Positions 50,871 through 60,919 of a DNA stretch of 64,000 nucleotides are shown here, piece by piece; position 1 is the stretch's first letter; every line of letters starts with the position of its first letter. Position numbers and translations under genes: made by a program. The notes under the pieces are model-generated. The model searched no databases, had not been told where the DNA came from, and saw nothing but the letters and a program-made list of their open reading frames with translations. The stretch is from an uncultured Actinomycetes bacterium (GTDB lineage: Bacteria; Actinomycetota; UBA4738; JBBDTT01), in contig CAVUMN010000001.1 in NCBI GenBank assembly GCA_963742735.1, positions 160,001-224,000 on the forward strand, in the 5' to 3' direction.

Positions 50871-53536
50871 GCGGACGCCTCGAGCCTGATCACGACGGTC
50901 CGGCCCCCCTCGACCCCGAGCTCGATCACGTCCGAGCCGGCCGGCACGGCCTCGGGCCCGAGGAGCACATCGACCCCCGGGTTCGAGGTGAACCCGAGCG
51001 CGCCCACGTTCACCCGCAGCGCACACGTTCGCGGCGCGTCCGTCTCGTTGCGGATCGTCAGGTACACCTCGGGCGCCGAGCCGAACCGCTCGACCCACAC
51101 GTCCGCGTCGCCACACCGGGCGTGCGTGACCGGCTCCCATCCCCCCGCGGCCAGATCGCGGAACAGGGGCGCGTAGCTCGCGAACAGCGCTCGGTTGGCC
51201 GGAGTTGACCAGCTGGCCTCGGTCTGGCCGTCCTCGTTCTCCTCGCGCAGCCACGCGCCGGGAAAGATCCCGTAGAACAGGGCCTGGTTGGTCCGGGCCT
51301 CGATCTGCTCGGGGCCGAGCTCCCCCTCCGCGATCCGGCTGTCGAGCGAGGTGACCGGACGGGAGGACGCGAGGGTTCGCTTCAACAGCGCCAGCGGGTC
51401 GACGTGGTCGATCCCCCCCGCGCGGTCGGGCAGGCCCTGCTCGATCCCGAAGTAGTCGATGCGGTCGGCGCCCATCCACCCCAGGGCCCGGTCCACGCCG
51501 CCGTTGAAGTTCGCCGACAGGATCATCCCGCGCGCCCGCAGCAGGTCCGAGACCCGCTCGATCTGCGCGTGCATCGACAGCACGCCAAGCTGGCACGGTT
51601 CCCCGTTCGCGTAGGAGAACGTCAAGGGGATCGTCGCGCGGGCCCAGTGCGTCCGGTCGAAGTCGCACACCGCCCCCCACCGGCGGGCCCCGGAGGTGGA
51701 GTCCATGTGGATGCCGTCGAGTCGGCCGCCCGCGTCGTCGGCGACCTCGATCGCGCGCTCGATCTGCTGGGTCGCGACGGCCCGGCTCCACGCCCCGCCC
51801 TCCGGGCCAGAGTCGTGGTTCTCGTAGTACGCGCGGAAGCCCTGGTAGACCTCGTACAGCAGCCGGCCGTTCACGTCACGGGCGGTGGACGCCAGCGCGG
51901 CCAGCGCCTCCTCCCGCCGGCGGCGGGGATCCTCGTCGAGGATCGACTCGCCGCGGGCCGAGGACTCCAGCGCGGCCACGTCCTGCTCGTAGCCGCCCGG
52001 CTCTCCGGGCGTCGGCCCGATCGGGTCGTAGTACGCCCACTGATGCGTGTAGGCCGAGGTGTAGATCCCCCGTTCGTTCGACCAGGCCACGTAGTCGCGC
52101 CCCCACTCGCTCCACGACTGGGTGGGCGCCTTGCCGAGCGCGACCGTGTTCAGGCCCAGCCCGAAGTCCGCGAACGCGTTGCCCGGGAGGGAGCCGAGCG
52201 GCGGGGCGAAGAACCACGCCCCCTCCCGGCCGGGGTCGGTCCGGCGCTCGAAGTCCCGCGGGTACATCCGGGCGAACCGTTCCGCCAGTGCCCGGAACCC
52301 CCACGCCCCGTCCGCCCGCATCAGCGCGAACGAGAACCCCGCCCGGGGGCCCGTTCCCGCCTGGTCGGACACACCGAGGTCGAAGACGATGGTCAACCCC
52401 TCTCGCGTCGCGGAGACGCGAAACGCCCGCGGCTCGTGCATCGGGACCCCGATCCCGAGCGCGGTCCGGTCGTCGGCGGCGCCCCCGAACGGGTACACGC
52501 TCGTCCGCTGGATGTTGCTGATGCCCGCGTGCGTGTCCGAGCCGCCCTGCGCAGTGGGGGCGGACAGGTTCGCGTAGGTGCCGTCCCCGATGACGCGCTC
52601 CCGGCGAGGGTCGTCGCCCCATCGCCAGTCCTCCAGATCGACGGGGAGGGTGAACGACACCTGCGCGGCGTGATCGGCCCGGTCGGTCGACACGAGCTCG
52701 CCACGGACCTCCAGGTGGGTGTCCACGGCCCTGGCGGTCGCGTCGACCTCCAGGGGGCCGACGCCGCCCCGCAGGGTGACCGAGTCGCCGCCGCCCTCCA
52801 CCCGGGCGGGGACCGGCTCCGGGCCGGGACGCAGCAGCGGGGCGACCTTCAGCTGGTCGAACCAGGCCGTCCCCGCCCCGGCCTGCACGGCCACGCGCAC
52901 CCGGATGCGCCGGACCCCCGGGGCGGTGCGGAACCCGGCGTCGTGCCGCGACCACGGCGAGTCGCCGGTGTACCCGAACGCGAACGCGGACGCGTGGCGG
53001 CCCCGGGCGCCGATCTGCTGGACCTGCACGCGGGCCGGCGTGACGGCGGTCGTGGTGAGGACGGGAGAGAGGCCCTCGGTCCGGATCCACGCGGTCAGGA
53101 CGTACTCGGTTCCCGGGCTGACCTCCGCCTCCGTGACCAGCGCCGGCGAGGATCCGGTTCGGGTCAGCGAGACGCGGATCGCCCGGTCTCCGGCGAACGG
53201 CTCCGAGCGGGTGAGCTCCAGCCGGCCCTCGTCCTCCGCGATCGACCAGCCATCGGGGACGCCGTCCGCGTCCTCGTCCAGCTCGAACCCGGGATTGCCC
53301 AGGAGGTTCCCCGTTCCACCCGCCTCCCGGACGGCGAACCCGCCTCGCGCGCCGCTCATCCCGAGATCCCGGCCGCCGTCGGACACTCCGGCGACGCCGC
53401 CCTCGGGAGTGAAGCGAACGGTCAGGCCCTCGGGCGACCCGACCAGGACCTCGTCGAGGCGCCGGTCCGCGACGGCGATCCCGATCGAGGCGATCGCCAG
53501 GGCCACCGCGAGCAGGAACGCGTTCGCGCGGGTCAC
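50867..53536 (-). CDS. Exported protein with a CBM-like module and putative glycoside-hydrolase barrel (889 aa)
   Basis: Signal/anchor helix, NLLGNPGFE...YVLTAWIRT...WFDQL (CBM4/9-like), aromatic-rich C-terminal half with DGIHMDS; start GTG 53536. Confidence 0.55.
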   Translation of the reverse strand: MTRANAFLLAVALAIASIGIAVADRRLDEVLVGSPEGLTVRFTPEGGVAGVSDGGRDLGMSGARGGFAVREAGGTGNLLGNPGFELDEDADGVPDGWSIAEDEGRLELTRSEPFAGDRAIRVSLTRTGSSPALVTEAEVSPGTEYVLTAWIRTEGLSPVLTTTAVTPARVQVQQIGARGRHASAFAFGYTGDSPWSRHDAGFRTAPGVRRIRVRVAVQAGAGTAWFDQLKVAPLLRPGPEPVPARVEGGGDSVTLRGGVGPLEVDATARAVDTHLEVRGELVSTDRADHAAQVSFTLPVDLEDWRWGDDPRRERVIGDGTYANLSAPTAQGGSDTHAGISNIQRTSVYPFGGAADDRTALGIGVPMHEPRAFRVSATREGLTIVFDLGVSDQAGTGPRAGFSFALMRADGAWGFRALAERFARMYPRDFERRTDPGREGAWFFAPPLGSLPGNAFADFGLGLNTVALGKAPTQSWSEWGRDYVAWSNERGIYTSAYTHQWAYYDPIGPTPGEPGGYEQDVAALESSARGESILDEDPRRRREEALAALASTARDVNGRLLYEVYQGFRAYYENHDSGPEGGAWSRAVATQQIERAIEVADDAGGRLDGIHMDSTSGARRWGAVCDFDRTHWARATIPLTFSYANGEPCQLGVLSMHAQIERVSDLLRARGMILSANFNGGVDRALGWMGADRIDYFGIEQGLPDRAGGIDHVDPLALLKRTLASSRPVTSLDSRIAEGELGPEQIEARTNQALFYGIFPGAWLREENEDGQTEASWSTPANRALFASYAPLFRDLAAGGWEPVTHARCGDADVWVERFGSAPEVYLTIRNETDAPRTCALRVNVGALGFTSNPGVDVLLGPEAVPAGSDVIELGVEGGRTVVIRLEASA

Positions 53537-55818
53537 GCCGCCCCTCGCCCGGACCGGGTCCGTTCCCGGCGCTCGACGGCCACGAGCCACACCGCGACCA
53601 GCAGCAGGGCCGCGGCGGAGAGAGCGAGGCCCCGGCGGAGCCACGGGTCGTCGTAGCGAAGGACCACCGAGTGCGTGCCGGCGGTCACCGGGATCCCCTG
53701 GACGAATCCGTCGGCGACCAGGACGGGCGCGTCCCGCCCGTCGACCGTGGCCCGCCAGTTTCGCTCCCACGTCGTGCGGACGAGCAGGATCGCCGGGCGG
53801 GCCGCACGGACCTCGATGCGGGCCGTCTCCTCGTCCACGGCCTCGTAGTCGGCCTCTCCCGCGTCACCGGGGACGCCGGGCGAGCCGAGGCCCGGATCGT
53901 CCTCCAGCAGCACCGTCGCCGACGGGTCGAACTCGAGCCCGGCGACCTCGTCGAGGACCCGCTCCGCATCCATCACCCTCCACGACCCCACGACGGTGGC
54001 CCGCGGCGGCCCGTCGATCGGCCCGTACAGGCCCCACGGTCCGTCGCGAGCCACCGCGTCGGGCTGGTCCCCGAAGGTGGCCCCCTCGAACGCGCGCACC
54101 AGCCAGCGGACCGCCATCAGGTCCAGGAAGACCGGATCGAGCCTCGTCACCTCGGTGCGGTTGTACGTGACGGGGCCGGTGTGCAGCGCGCGGAACGCCG
54201 TCCAGAACCTCGCCAGCTGGATCGCCCGATAGCCGTTGACCCCCTCCAGCGCGAACAGCTGCGCCTCGTTCTCGATCAACGCCCGCGGATCGGGAGGGAA
54301 CGGGTGTCCGACGCCGAGGACGCGACCGCCGTCGCGGGCGATCCTGGCAACGATCGACGACGGCTCGACGGCCTCCGCCAGTGACGTGTCTGCGGGCTTC
54401 ATCGGACGCAGGATCTCAGGTGTGCCCCCGGCGGGAGGAAGACGGTCCACCCACCCGCGGTCCTCCAGCAGCGCCACCGGGGCGAGGATCTCCACCGCCA
54501 CCAGGACCGGCACGGCGAGCGCAACCGCGGGACGACGGACGCTCGTGGCCAGCAGGCCGGCCAGGACGGCCGCCCCCACGAGCAGGGGCAGCCCGAACCA
54601 CCAGGACGCCGCGGTAACCCCTCCGAGCGTCGCGAGGCCCACGGCCGTCCACACGAGGACCCTCGGCGCGGGACGCGACCGCGCAGCATCAAACCCCACG
54701 CCGGCCAGGGCGGCGATCGAGAGCAGCACTCCCATCGCCAGCCATTCGGGCGCGTGGAGGTACTGGTCCCCGCCCGGGATCGCCCCCATCGGGCCCTCCA
54801 GCGCCCGGGCCACGGGCTCGAGCGCCCCGACGTAGCACACGGCCCCCACGGCGGTCAGCGTGACCACCAGCGGCCGCCGCTCCCGGGCCATCCACGTCGC
54901 GGCGGCCAGGCAGAGCACGGCGGCCCCCAGGTACGGCCCGGGGACCCCCGCCAGCGAGCCGAGCCACCCCGGCTCGGCGGCGTGGCCCGGGATGGGCGGG
55001 CTGGCGACGCCGGTGAGGACCTCCGACAGCCGGGCCACACCGTCGTAGCCGGCGGCCAGGGAGGTCTGTCCGGCGAAGGCGATCCGCGGCACGAGGATGG
55101 CGCCGTTCACCGCGAGCAGGCCGAGCGCGAGCCCCCCGGCCCACGCCAGCGCTCGTCGCGGCGAGATTCGGCTGCGGACGACGACGACCACGAAGTAGCC
55201 GGCCAGCGCGAGCGTCCCGACGGCGAGGCCGGTCGTGATGTGTGACGACGCGATCTGACCCCAGGCGAGCGCGGTGGCCGCGAGCCACAGGATCCGCGAC
55301 GAACGCGTGGGGGCCCGGGCCGCGCGGGCGGCGCAGGCCAGCGCGATCGCCGTCCACGCCAGCGCCCCTGGAAAGCGAACGGTGACGGCGAGCCTGGTCG
55401 TCGCCAGGGGCAAGGCCAGGGCGAGCCCGCCGACCGTGGCCGCCGCCCGCGAGGCCCGCTCCGTTCGCAGGAACGCGTACAGGCCGAGCCCGGCGAGCAT
55501 GGGTTGGACCGCGACGAGCCACGCCGTCGCCCGGTCGGCGGGCAGCGACGTGAACAGGGCCATGGGGACGACCTGGAGCCAACCGGAATGGGGATCGGCG
55601 GCGAACGGCATCCCGCCGAGCACATGCGGGGTCCAGACCAGGACGTGACCGGCGCGCAGCGACCGTCCGAGCTCGGCGTACATGGGCAGCCAGTACCGAA
55701 CGATGTCGCCCGACGTCGAGAGGTTGCGAACCAGGAAGTCCCGCAGCGCCCAGGCCACGCCGGACACGATGAGGGCCGGTCCCGCGAGCATCGGGAGGGC
55801 CGCGCGAAGGCCGTCCAC
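53533..55818 (-). CDS. YfhO-family GT-C glycosyltransferase (paralog of 48546-50870)
   Basis: GDIVRYWLP, WTPHVLGGMPFAADPHSG, WRATVDGRDAPVLVAD...GTHSVVLRY. Confidence 0.8.
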   Translation of the reverse strand: MDGLRAALPMLAGPALIVSGVAWALRDFLVRNLSTSGDIVRYWLPMYAELGRSLRAGHVLVWTPHVLGGMPFAADPHSGWLQVVPMALFTSLPADRATAWLVAVQPMLAGLGLYAFLRTERASRAAATVGGLALALPLATTRLAVTVRFPGALAWTAIALACAARAARAPTRSSRILWLAATALAWGQIASSHITTGLAVGTLALAGYFVVVVVRSRISPRRALAWAGGLALGLLAVNGAILVPRIAFAGQTSLAAGYDGVARLSEVLTGVASPPIPGHAAEPGWLGSLAGVPGPYLGAAVLCLAAATWMARERRPLVVTLTAVGAVCYVGALEPVARALEGPMGAIPGGDQYLHAPEWLAMGVLLSIAALAGVGFDAARSRPAPRVLVWTAVGLATLGGVTAASWWFGLPLLVGAAVLAGLLATSVRRPAVALAVPVLVAVEILAPVALLEDRGWVDRLPPAGGTPEILRPMKPADTSLAEAVEPSSIVARIARDGGRVLGVGHPFPPDPRALIENEAQLFALEGVNGYRAIQLARFWTAFRALHTGPVTYNRTEVTRLDPVFLDLMAVRWLVRAFEGATFGDQPDAVARDGPWGLYGPIDGPPRATVVGSWRVMDAERVLDEVAGLEFDPSATVLLEDDPGLGSPGVPGDAGEADYEAVDEETARIEVRAARPAILLVRTTWERNWRATVDGRDAPVLVADGFVQGIPVTAGTHSVVLRYDDPWLRRGLALSAAALLLVAVWLVAVERRERTRSGRGAA

Positions 55819-55841
55819 GGGTGAAGGCTATCCTTCGCGCG
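55819..55841. promoter_or_regulatory. Bidirectional promoter with overlapping -10 elements
   Basis: AGGCTATCCT gives TAGCCT on the minus strand (6 nt to GTG 55818) and TATCCT on the plus strand (7 nt to GTG 55842); the two share the TA. Confidence 0.6.
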
Positions 55842-57767
55842 GTGACGCCCTGGTACCCAGCGATCGCGGCCCAGGCGGCGCTGGTGGCGGCCGGCCTGCT
55901 CGGGCTCGGGTACCTCATCGCCGACGCGGCCCTCCGCCGCTCCGAGGCCGACGTCCTCACGCGGACGGCGCTGGCGTTCCCCGCCGTCGCCGGGTTCGGC
56001 CTGGTCCTCACCTTCGCCCACATCGCCACGCGGGGGGCGGTGCTCTCGAACCCGGCGCTGGTCCGGGGGGTGACCGCAGCGCTGGCGGTCGTGCTGCTCC
56101 TCGAGAAGCTCCTCCGAAGGCGCCGGGCGCCGGCGTCCGGCCGCACCGCGGTGTGGGCGGCCGTCGCCGTCGTGGCGTTGGCCGTCGCCGTGTGGGGGCC
56201 GCCGCTGCTTCGGATCTTCCCCCTGGGCCGGCCCGCGGCCGACCCAGGCTGGCATGCCGGCTGGACGGCGCAGCTCCTCAACGGGCTGGCCACACCGACT
56301 GCGCCCATCTCGGGAAGCGTCCCGAACTACTACCCCTGGGGGTTCCACGGGATCCTCGCCTTCGTGTCGCACCTCACCCCGGGGGGCGGGGCGTTCCGGG
56401 CCCTCGGTCCGCTGCAGCTGGCGCAGGTGGCGGGCGTCGCCCTCGGGCTCTTCGCCCTGGGGCGGCAGATCGCCGGGCGGTGGCTGGGCGGTGCCTCCGT
56501 CGCCGTGTTCGGCTCGATGACCGCCGGCCTCGGCGCGATCGCGTTCGCGTTCCCCGGACTGCTGGACCGGACGCCCCAGTCCGGAGGACCTCGTCTGACG
56601 TACCACGCCGCCTTCCACAACCTGGCTCCGCCGCTGCCGCTCGACGTCGGCCTCGCCTTCCTGCTGGCGACCCTGCTGCTGGCCTCGGTCGGCGTGACCC
56701 GGGGCGGACGGGGATGGTTCGCGGCCGCGGGAACCGCCCTCGGCGCGGCCGGGCTCGTGTCGGCCGAGTCGTTCTTCATCGGGCTGGGCGTCGCGTTCCT
56801 GCTGTGCCTTCCGGCCGGGCCGGTGCCCAGGCGATGGCGCGCCGCGGCCCTCTTCGGTCCGGCACTCGGGCTGTGGTCGATCTGGCTGGTCCCCCTCGCG
56901 GCCTCCTACCTGCGGCTGGGCGGCTTCGTGAACACCACGATCCTCAGCGCGCCCGGCCCCTCGCCCTACGAGGTCGCGCTGTCGTGGGGATGGGCGATCC
57001 CCCTCGGGGCCTGGGGGCTGGTCCGGTGGGTGCCTCGAGCGAGGACCGACGCGGCGGCGAGGATCCCGCTGGCGCTGCCGGCCGCGGCGGCCATCGCCGT
57101 GGTGGCCTCCGCCGCCGTCCCGGAGGTCCTCGGCGAGGGGTTCATGGTCCTCGGCCGGGCCCGCCGGTACTGGCCGCTCCTGCACCTGGGCCTGGCGATC
57201 TACGCGGGCCTGGGGGCGGCGGACCTCCTCGGCATGCTGACCCGGCGTCCCGCCGCCATCGCCGCGGGAGCCGTGGTCCTCGCCCTCGCCCTGGCCCTGC
57301 CCGTGCCGATGCGCGTGTCCTACCGGCTCGCCTCGCAGACCCCCCGCTCGCCGGAGGTCGAACGGGCGCTCCTCGGCGACCCCGGCGAGGTCGTCTCGCT
57401 GGTGGCGCGGGCCGGGCGCCGGCCCTGCGTGGTGGCCGCGCCCTCCCGCCTGACCGTTCCGATCTTCACCGTCACCGGGTACCGGCTCGTGCTGTATGCG
57501 GCGGGCTCCGGCGCTCGGGCCGGCAATGCCGCACGGATCCGATGGCGCGACGTCTACGACACGATCCCTCCAGAATCCGAGCGAGTGACGGCGAACGAGG
57601 AGCTGGTGGGCGGAGGACCGGACCTGCGACGGTGGATCGAGGCGTTCGGCGTGGACGTGATCGTGGCCGAACCGGACGCTCCGGCCGCCCCCTACGCCGG
57701 CCTCGAAGCGGAAGGCCGATCGTCGGACGGCACCCGCGTGTACCGGACGGGCGACTGCGATGGCTGA
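55842..57767 (+). CDS. GT-C-like polytopic membrane protein (DUF6541/Rv3779-like)
   Basis: Multi-TM; ADPGWH and PNYYPWGFH loop motifs; C-terminal soluble domain. Start GTG 55842 or 55821. Confidence 0.65.
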   Translation: MTPWYPAIAAQAALVAAGLLGLGYLIADAALRRSEADVLTRTALAFPAVAGFGLVLTFAHIATRGAVLSNPALVRGVTAALAVVLLLEKLLRRRRAPASGRTAVWAAVAVVALAVAVWGPPLLRIFPLGRPAADPGWHAGWTAQLLNGLATPTAPISGSVPNYYPWGFHGILAFVSHLTPGGGAFRALGPLQLAQVAGVALGLFALGRQIAGRWLGGASVAVFGSMTAGLGAIAFAFPGLLDRTPQSGGPRLTYHAAFHNLAPPLPLDVGLAFLLATLLLASVGVTRGGRGWFAAAGTALGAAGLVSAESFFIGLGVAFLLCLPAGPVPRRWRAAALFGPALGLWSIWLVPLAASYLRLGGFVNTTILSAPGPSPYEVALSWGWAIPLGAWGLVRWVPRARTDAAARIPLALPAAAAIAVVASAAVPEVLGEGFMVLGRARRYWPLLHLGLAIYAGLGAADLLGMLTRRPAAIAAGAVVLALALALPVPMRVSYRLASQTPRSPEVERALLGDPGEVVSLVARAGRRPCVVAAPSRLTVPIFTVTGYRLVLYAAGSGARAGNAARIRWRDVYDTIPPESERVTANEELVGGGPDLRRWIEAFGVDVIVAEPDAPAAPYAGLEAEGRSSDGTRVYRTGDCDG

Positions 57768-59487
57768 GCCGGCGCGGCGCTGGGTGGCGCCCCTCGTGGC
57801 GGGGATCGCGGTCACGGCCGTCGGCCTCGTGTTCGTCCTCCCCTATCTCGCGGAGGAGCTTCGCTTCCCGCTGGGATGGGACTCGCCCTTCTACGTGTGG
57901 CGCACGGCCGCCGTGGGCGTGGACGGCCTGGACCGGATCGGCGGAGTGCGACCCGCGACGCCGCTGTTGTTCAACGCGCTGGCCGGGCTCACGGGAAACG
58001 ACGCGTTCACCGTCGCCGCGATCGGGCCGGCCCTCCTTGCCGCGGTGGCGGGGCTGGCCGCGGCGGGCCTGCTCCGTGCGGCGTACGACATCGGACCGGG
58101 ATGGATCCCTCCGATGGCCGTGCTCGCCTGGATCGGCTTCGGACATCCGGGCATGGTCCGCGAGCAGCCGGACAACGTGCTGAACGCGGCGCTCACCCTC
58201 GGTGCCATGGCCGCCGCCGTCGCCCACGTCCGGTGGGGCGGCGGGTGGTGGGCGGTCACCGTGCTGCTGGCGGGCGCAGGGCTCGCCCACTGGCCCTTCT
58301 TCGTCCTCGGGGCCGCCGTGCTCGTCCTCGGGGCCGCGGCGTTCGCGGGCCGGCGCCTGGTCGCGGCCCGGGGGGAGGACGAGGAGCGGGATCGGGCCCG
58401 GGGCCTGATCGGCGCGGCGGCGGCGGCGGCCGGCGCGGTCGGAGGCGCGTTGCTGTGGCGCCCGGCCAGCGCCTGGACGACCCCGCAGCTCGAGGCCCTC
58501 AAGGACGTCCTGAAGGACCGGTTCCTCCGGCGGGCCGGGGACCCGCACCGGCTTCCCGTGCTCCCGCTCGCCGGGGCCGGGCTGGCCGTGGCCAGCCGGC
58601 GGCGGGACCGCCCGGAGCGACGGCTGTTCCTCTTCCTGATGCTGGCCTGGATCGGGCTCACCGCCGTCGGCGCGGCGCTCCAGGCGGCCGGCGTGCCGAC
58701 GGCGGGAGTCCGGCTTTTGAACTACCTGTTCCCGCTCACGCTGCTGACCGGCGTGCTGGTCTGGTGGATCGGCACCAGGCTCGGGACGCGCGGCGCGATG
58801 GCCGCGGCGGGCCTCGCCCTGGCCGGCTTCGGCGCGCTGGCGATTCCCTTCCAGCTCGACGGCCGCACCTGGTACGAGCCCGCCGCCGTCCGGCAGATCG
58901 CGTCCGCGGGGGCCTGGCTCGAGGCGAACGCGCCGGGAACCCTCGTCGCGTTCACGGTCGCCGAGGACGGAGACGTCCTGACCCGGGAACGCCGCCGGAA
59001 CACCATCCTGGCCGCGTTGCCCCCGGGGGTCGCGCGGTACACCTCGGTCTCCGATACGGCGCAGGGGCACATCTTCGTCGCGGTGCGCGCCTACGACCCG
59101 GACGGCCACGACTTCCTGCTGCGCATCGGCGGCCGCGAGATCGCCCCGGGGGTCGCGGCCGGAGGCGACCTGGGATCCGCGCCGGCCCGGGCGCTCGTGG
59201 AGGGTCCCTCGGCGCGAACGGACGCGCGGACCGTCGCGCTCGTGGTCGTCCTGGGCGGGGCGGCGCTGTTCGCCGCCGGCCTCGGGTGGGCGATGACCCT
59301 CCTGCCCGAGGACCGACTGCTGCGATGGACCCTCGCGCCCGCCCTGGGAGCCGCGGCGGCCAGCGTCATCGGTGTCGCGTGGGCGGCGACGGGCCTCACC
59401 CTGGACGGCGTGGCGGGCGCGGGCCCCCTGGCGTTGTCGGCGCTCGCCGGCGGCGGCCTTGCGCGCTGGCGGCGGAGGGAGGCCTAG
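57760..59487 (+). CDS. GT-C-like polytopic membrane protein
   Basis: PLGWDSPFYVW after the first TM, GLAHWPFF, C-terminal GLGW...LAPALG helices; paralog of 61874-63937. Confidence 0.6.
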   Translation: MAEPARRWVAPLVAGIAVTAVGLVFVLPYLAEELRFPLGWDSPFYVWRTAAVGVDGLDRIGGVRPATPLLFNALAGLTGNDAFTVAAIGPALLAAVAGLAAAGLLRAAYDIGPGWIPPMAVLAWIGFGHPGMVREQPDNVLNAALTLGAMAAAVAHVRWGGGWWAVTVLLAGAGLAHWPFFVLGAAVLVLGAAAFAGRRLVAARGEDEERDRARGLIGAAAAAAGAVGGALLWRPASAWTTPQLEALKDVLKDRFLRRAGDPHRLPVLPLAGAGLAVASRRRDRPERRLFLFLMLAWIGLTAVGAALQAAGVPTAGVRLLNYLFPLTLLTGVLVWWIGTRLGTRGAMAAAGLALAGFGALAIPFQLDGRTWYEPAAVRQIASAGAWLEANAPGTLVAFTVAEDGDVLTRERRRNTILAALPPGVARYTSVSDTAQGHIFVAVRAYDPDGHDFLLRIGGREIAPGVAAGGDLGSAPARALVEGPSARTDARTVALVVVLGGAALFAAGLGWAMTLLPEDRLLRWTLAPALGAAAASVIGVAWAATGLTLDGVAGAGPLALSALAGGGLARWRRREA

Positions 59488-60914
59488 GGCGGGAAGCCGA
59501 CCGGTGCGTCCGGCGGTGGCGGATCGCACAGCGCTCGAGTCCGGTCGCGGAGCTCGTTGAGCGACTCCCGGTACCTCGGGGCGGCCGCCACGTTGTTCAG
59601 CTGGTACGGGTCCCGGAGCAGGTCGTAGAGCTCCTCCTCGAGCGTGAAGTACCGGACGTAGGTGAACCGGGTGTTGCGGATCCCGCAGTAGGAGGGGACC
59701 GAGAGCACCCCCTCGTCCTCGCGATGTTCGATCAGGAAGTCGGAGCGCCACTCCAGGAAGGGCTTGCCGAAGAGCGGGATCAGGCTGCGCCCGTCGGCGT
59801 GCGGGAGCGCCGCCCCGGTGAGCGCGGCGAACGTCGGCGCGAGGTCGACGTTCAGCACGAAGTGGTCGTCGGTCCGGGCCTCGTCCATCAGCCGGTCGTA
59901 CCGGATGATCATCGGGACGTGGATGTCGTGGTCGTACGGCGTCTGCTTGTTCTTCCAGCGGTGCTCGCCCCAGCCGTACCCGTTGTCCGAGGTGAACACG
60001 ATCAGCGTGTTGTCGAGCCGGCCGCTCTCGCGGAGGGCCTCCACGATCCGGCCGACCGCCCGGTCCACCGGCTGCAGGCTCTGGAGCTGCCGGCGCCGGA
60101 TCGTCGGGATCACGTTGGGCCCGAGCGGCGAGAGGTCCCGCACCCACTTGGGCTTGTCCGCGACGTCTGGCTCGTTGTACCCGGGAGGATGCCAAGGCGG
60201 CAGGTCCGTGAACTTCGACTCGTCCTGCTCGGCCGGCGTCGACGGGATGTGCGGAGCCGTCGGGGCGAACTGGAGGAACAGCGGGCCCCGGGCGTCCTCG
60301 ATGAACTCTACCGCCCGGTCGGCCATGACGTCGGTCGAGTAGTCCTCGAAGTCGTGGCCGAAGAAGTCAAGGCGCCCGTCGTCGTTCGCGAAGTAGTCGT
60401 AGTACAGCTCGCGCTGCCGGTAGGGCGCCTTGCCCGAGAACGCGAACCACCGGTCCCAGCCCGGCGGGACGTAGGTGCCGTAGTAGCCGTTGAGGTACTT
60501 GCCGACGTGGCCGGTGGTGTACCCGGCCTCCTGGAGCCGGGTGGCGATGGTGTCCTGGTCGGCGAACGCCGTGAACCCGCCGTACGGCGGGCGGTTCGAC
60601 CACACCCCGGTGGTGTGCGAGTACTGCCCGGTGAGGATGCTCGCGCGGCTGGGGCAGCAGATCGAGTTCACGACGAACGCGTTGCGGTAGGTGATCCCGT
60701 GGCCGCCGAGCTCCCGGCGGGTGATGGGCATCGCGAACATCGTGTCGGCCCGCTGGTCGTCGGTGAGGATGAGGACGATGCTCGGCCGCCGGCGGTCCTG
60801 AGCGGCGGCCTGGTCGAGGGTCCGGTCGACGGCCACCGCGCCGCCGGCCAGCATGGCCGAAGCCACGGCGAGCACCAGCAGGCGGAACGCGTTGGTGTCG
60901 GTGAACCGGTACAT
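59484..60914 (-). CDS. Exported formylglycine-dependent sulfatase (GlcNAc-6-sulfatase-like)
   Basis: Signal helix, LILTDDQ, CCPSRASILTG (CxPxR), GKYLNGY, TAPH, FTSDNGYGWGEH, ELYDLLRDPYQLNN; start ATG 60914. Confidence 0.9.
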   Translation of the reverse strand: MYRFTDTNAFRLLVLAVASAMLAGGAVAVDRTLDQAAAQDRRRPSIVLILTDDQRADTMFAMPITRRELGGHGITYRNAFVVNSICCPSRASILTGQYSHTTGVWSNRPPYGGFTAFADQDTIATRLQEAGYTTGHVGKYLNGYYGTYVPPGWDRWFAFSGKAPYRQRELYYDYFANDDGRLDFFGHDFEDYSTDVMADRAVEFIEDARGPLFLQFAPTAPHIPSTPAEQDESKFTDLPPWHPPGYNEPDVADKPKWVRDLSPLGPNVIPTIRRRQLQSLQPVDRAVGRIVEALRESGRLDNTLIVFTSDNGYGWGEHRWKNKQTPYDHDIHVPMIIRYDRLMDEARTDDHFVLNVDLAPTFAALTGAALPHADGRSLIPLFGKPFLEWRSDFLIEHREDEGVLSVPSYCGIRNTRFTYVRYFTLEEELYDLLRDPYQLNNVAAAPRYRESLNELRDRTRALCDPPPPDAPVGFPP

Positions 60915-60919
60915 GGAGC

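Noticed and set aside
47509-51176. 1097-aa and 1105-aa ORFs overlapping the GT-C genes, and many similar long Arg/Gly/Pro-rich ORFs across the window
   Set aside because: Alternative-frame or antisense artefacts of GC3 bias; they carry no motifs and overlap well-supported genes.
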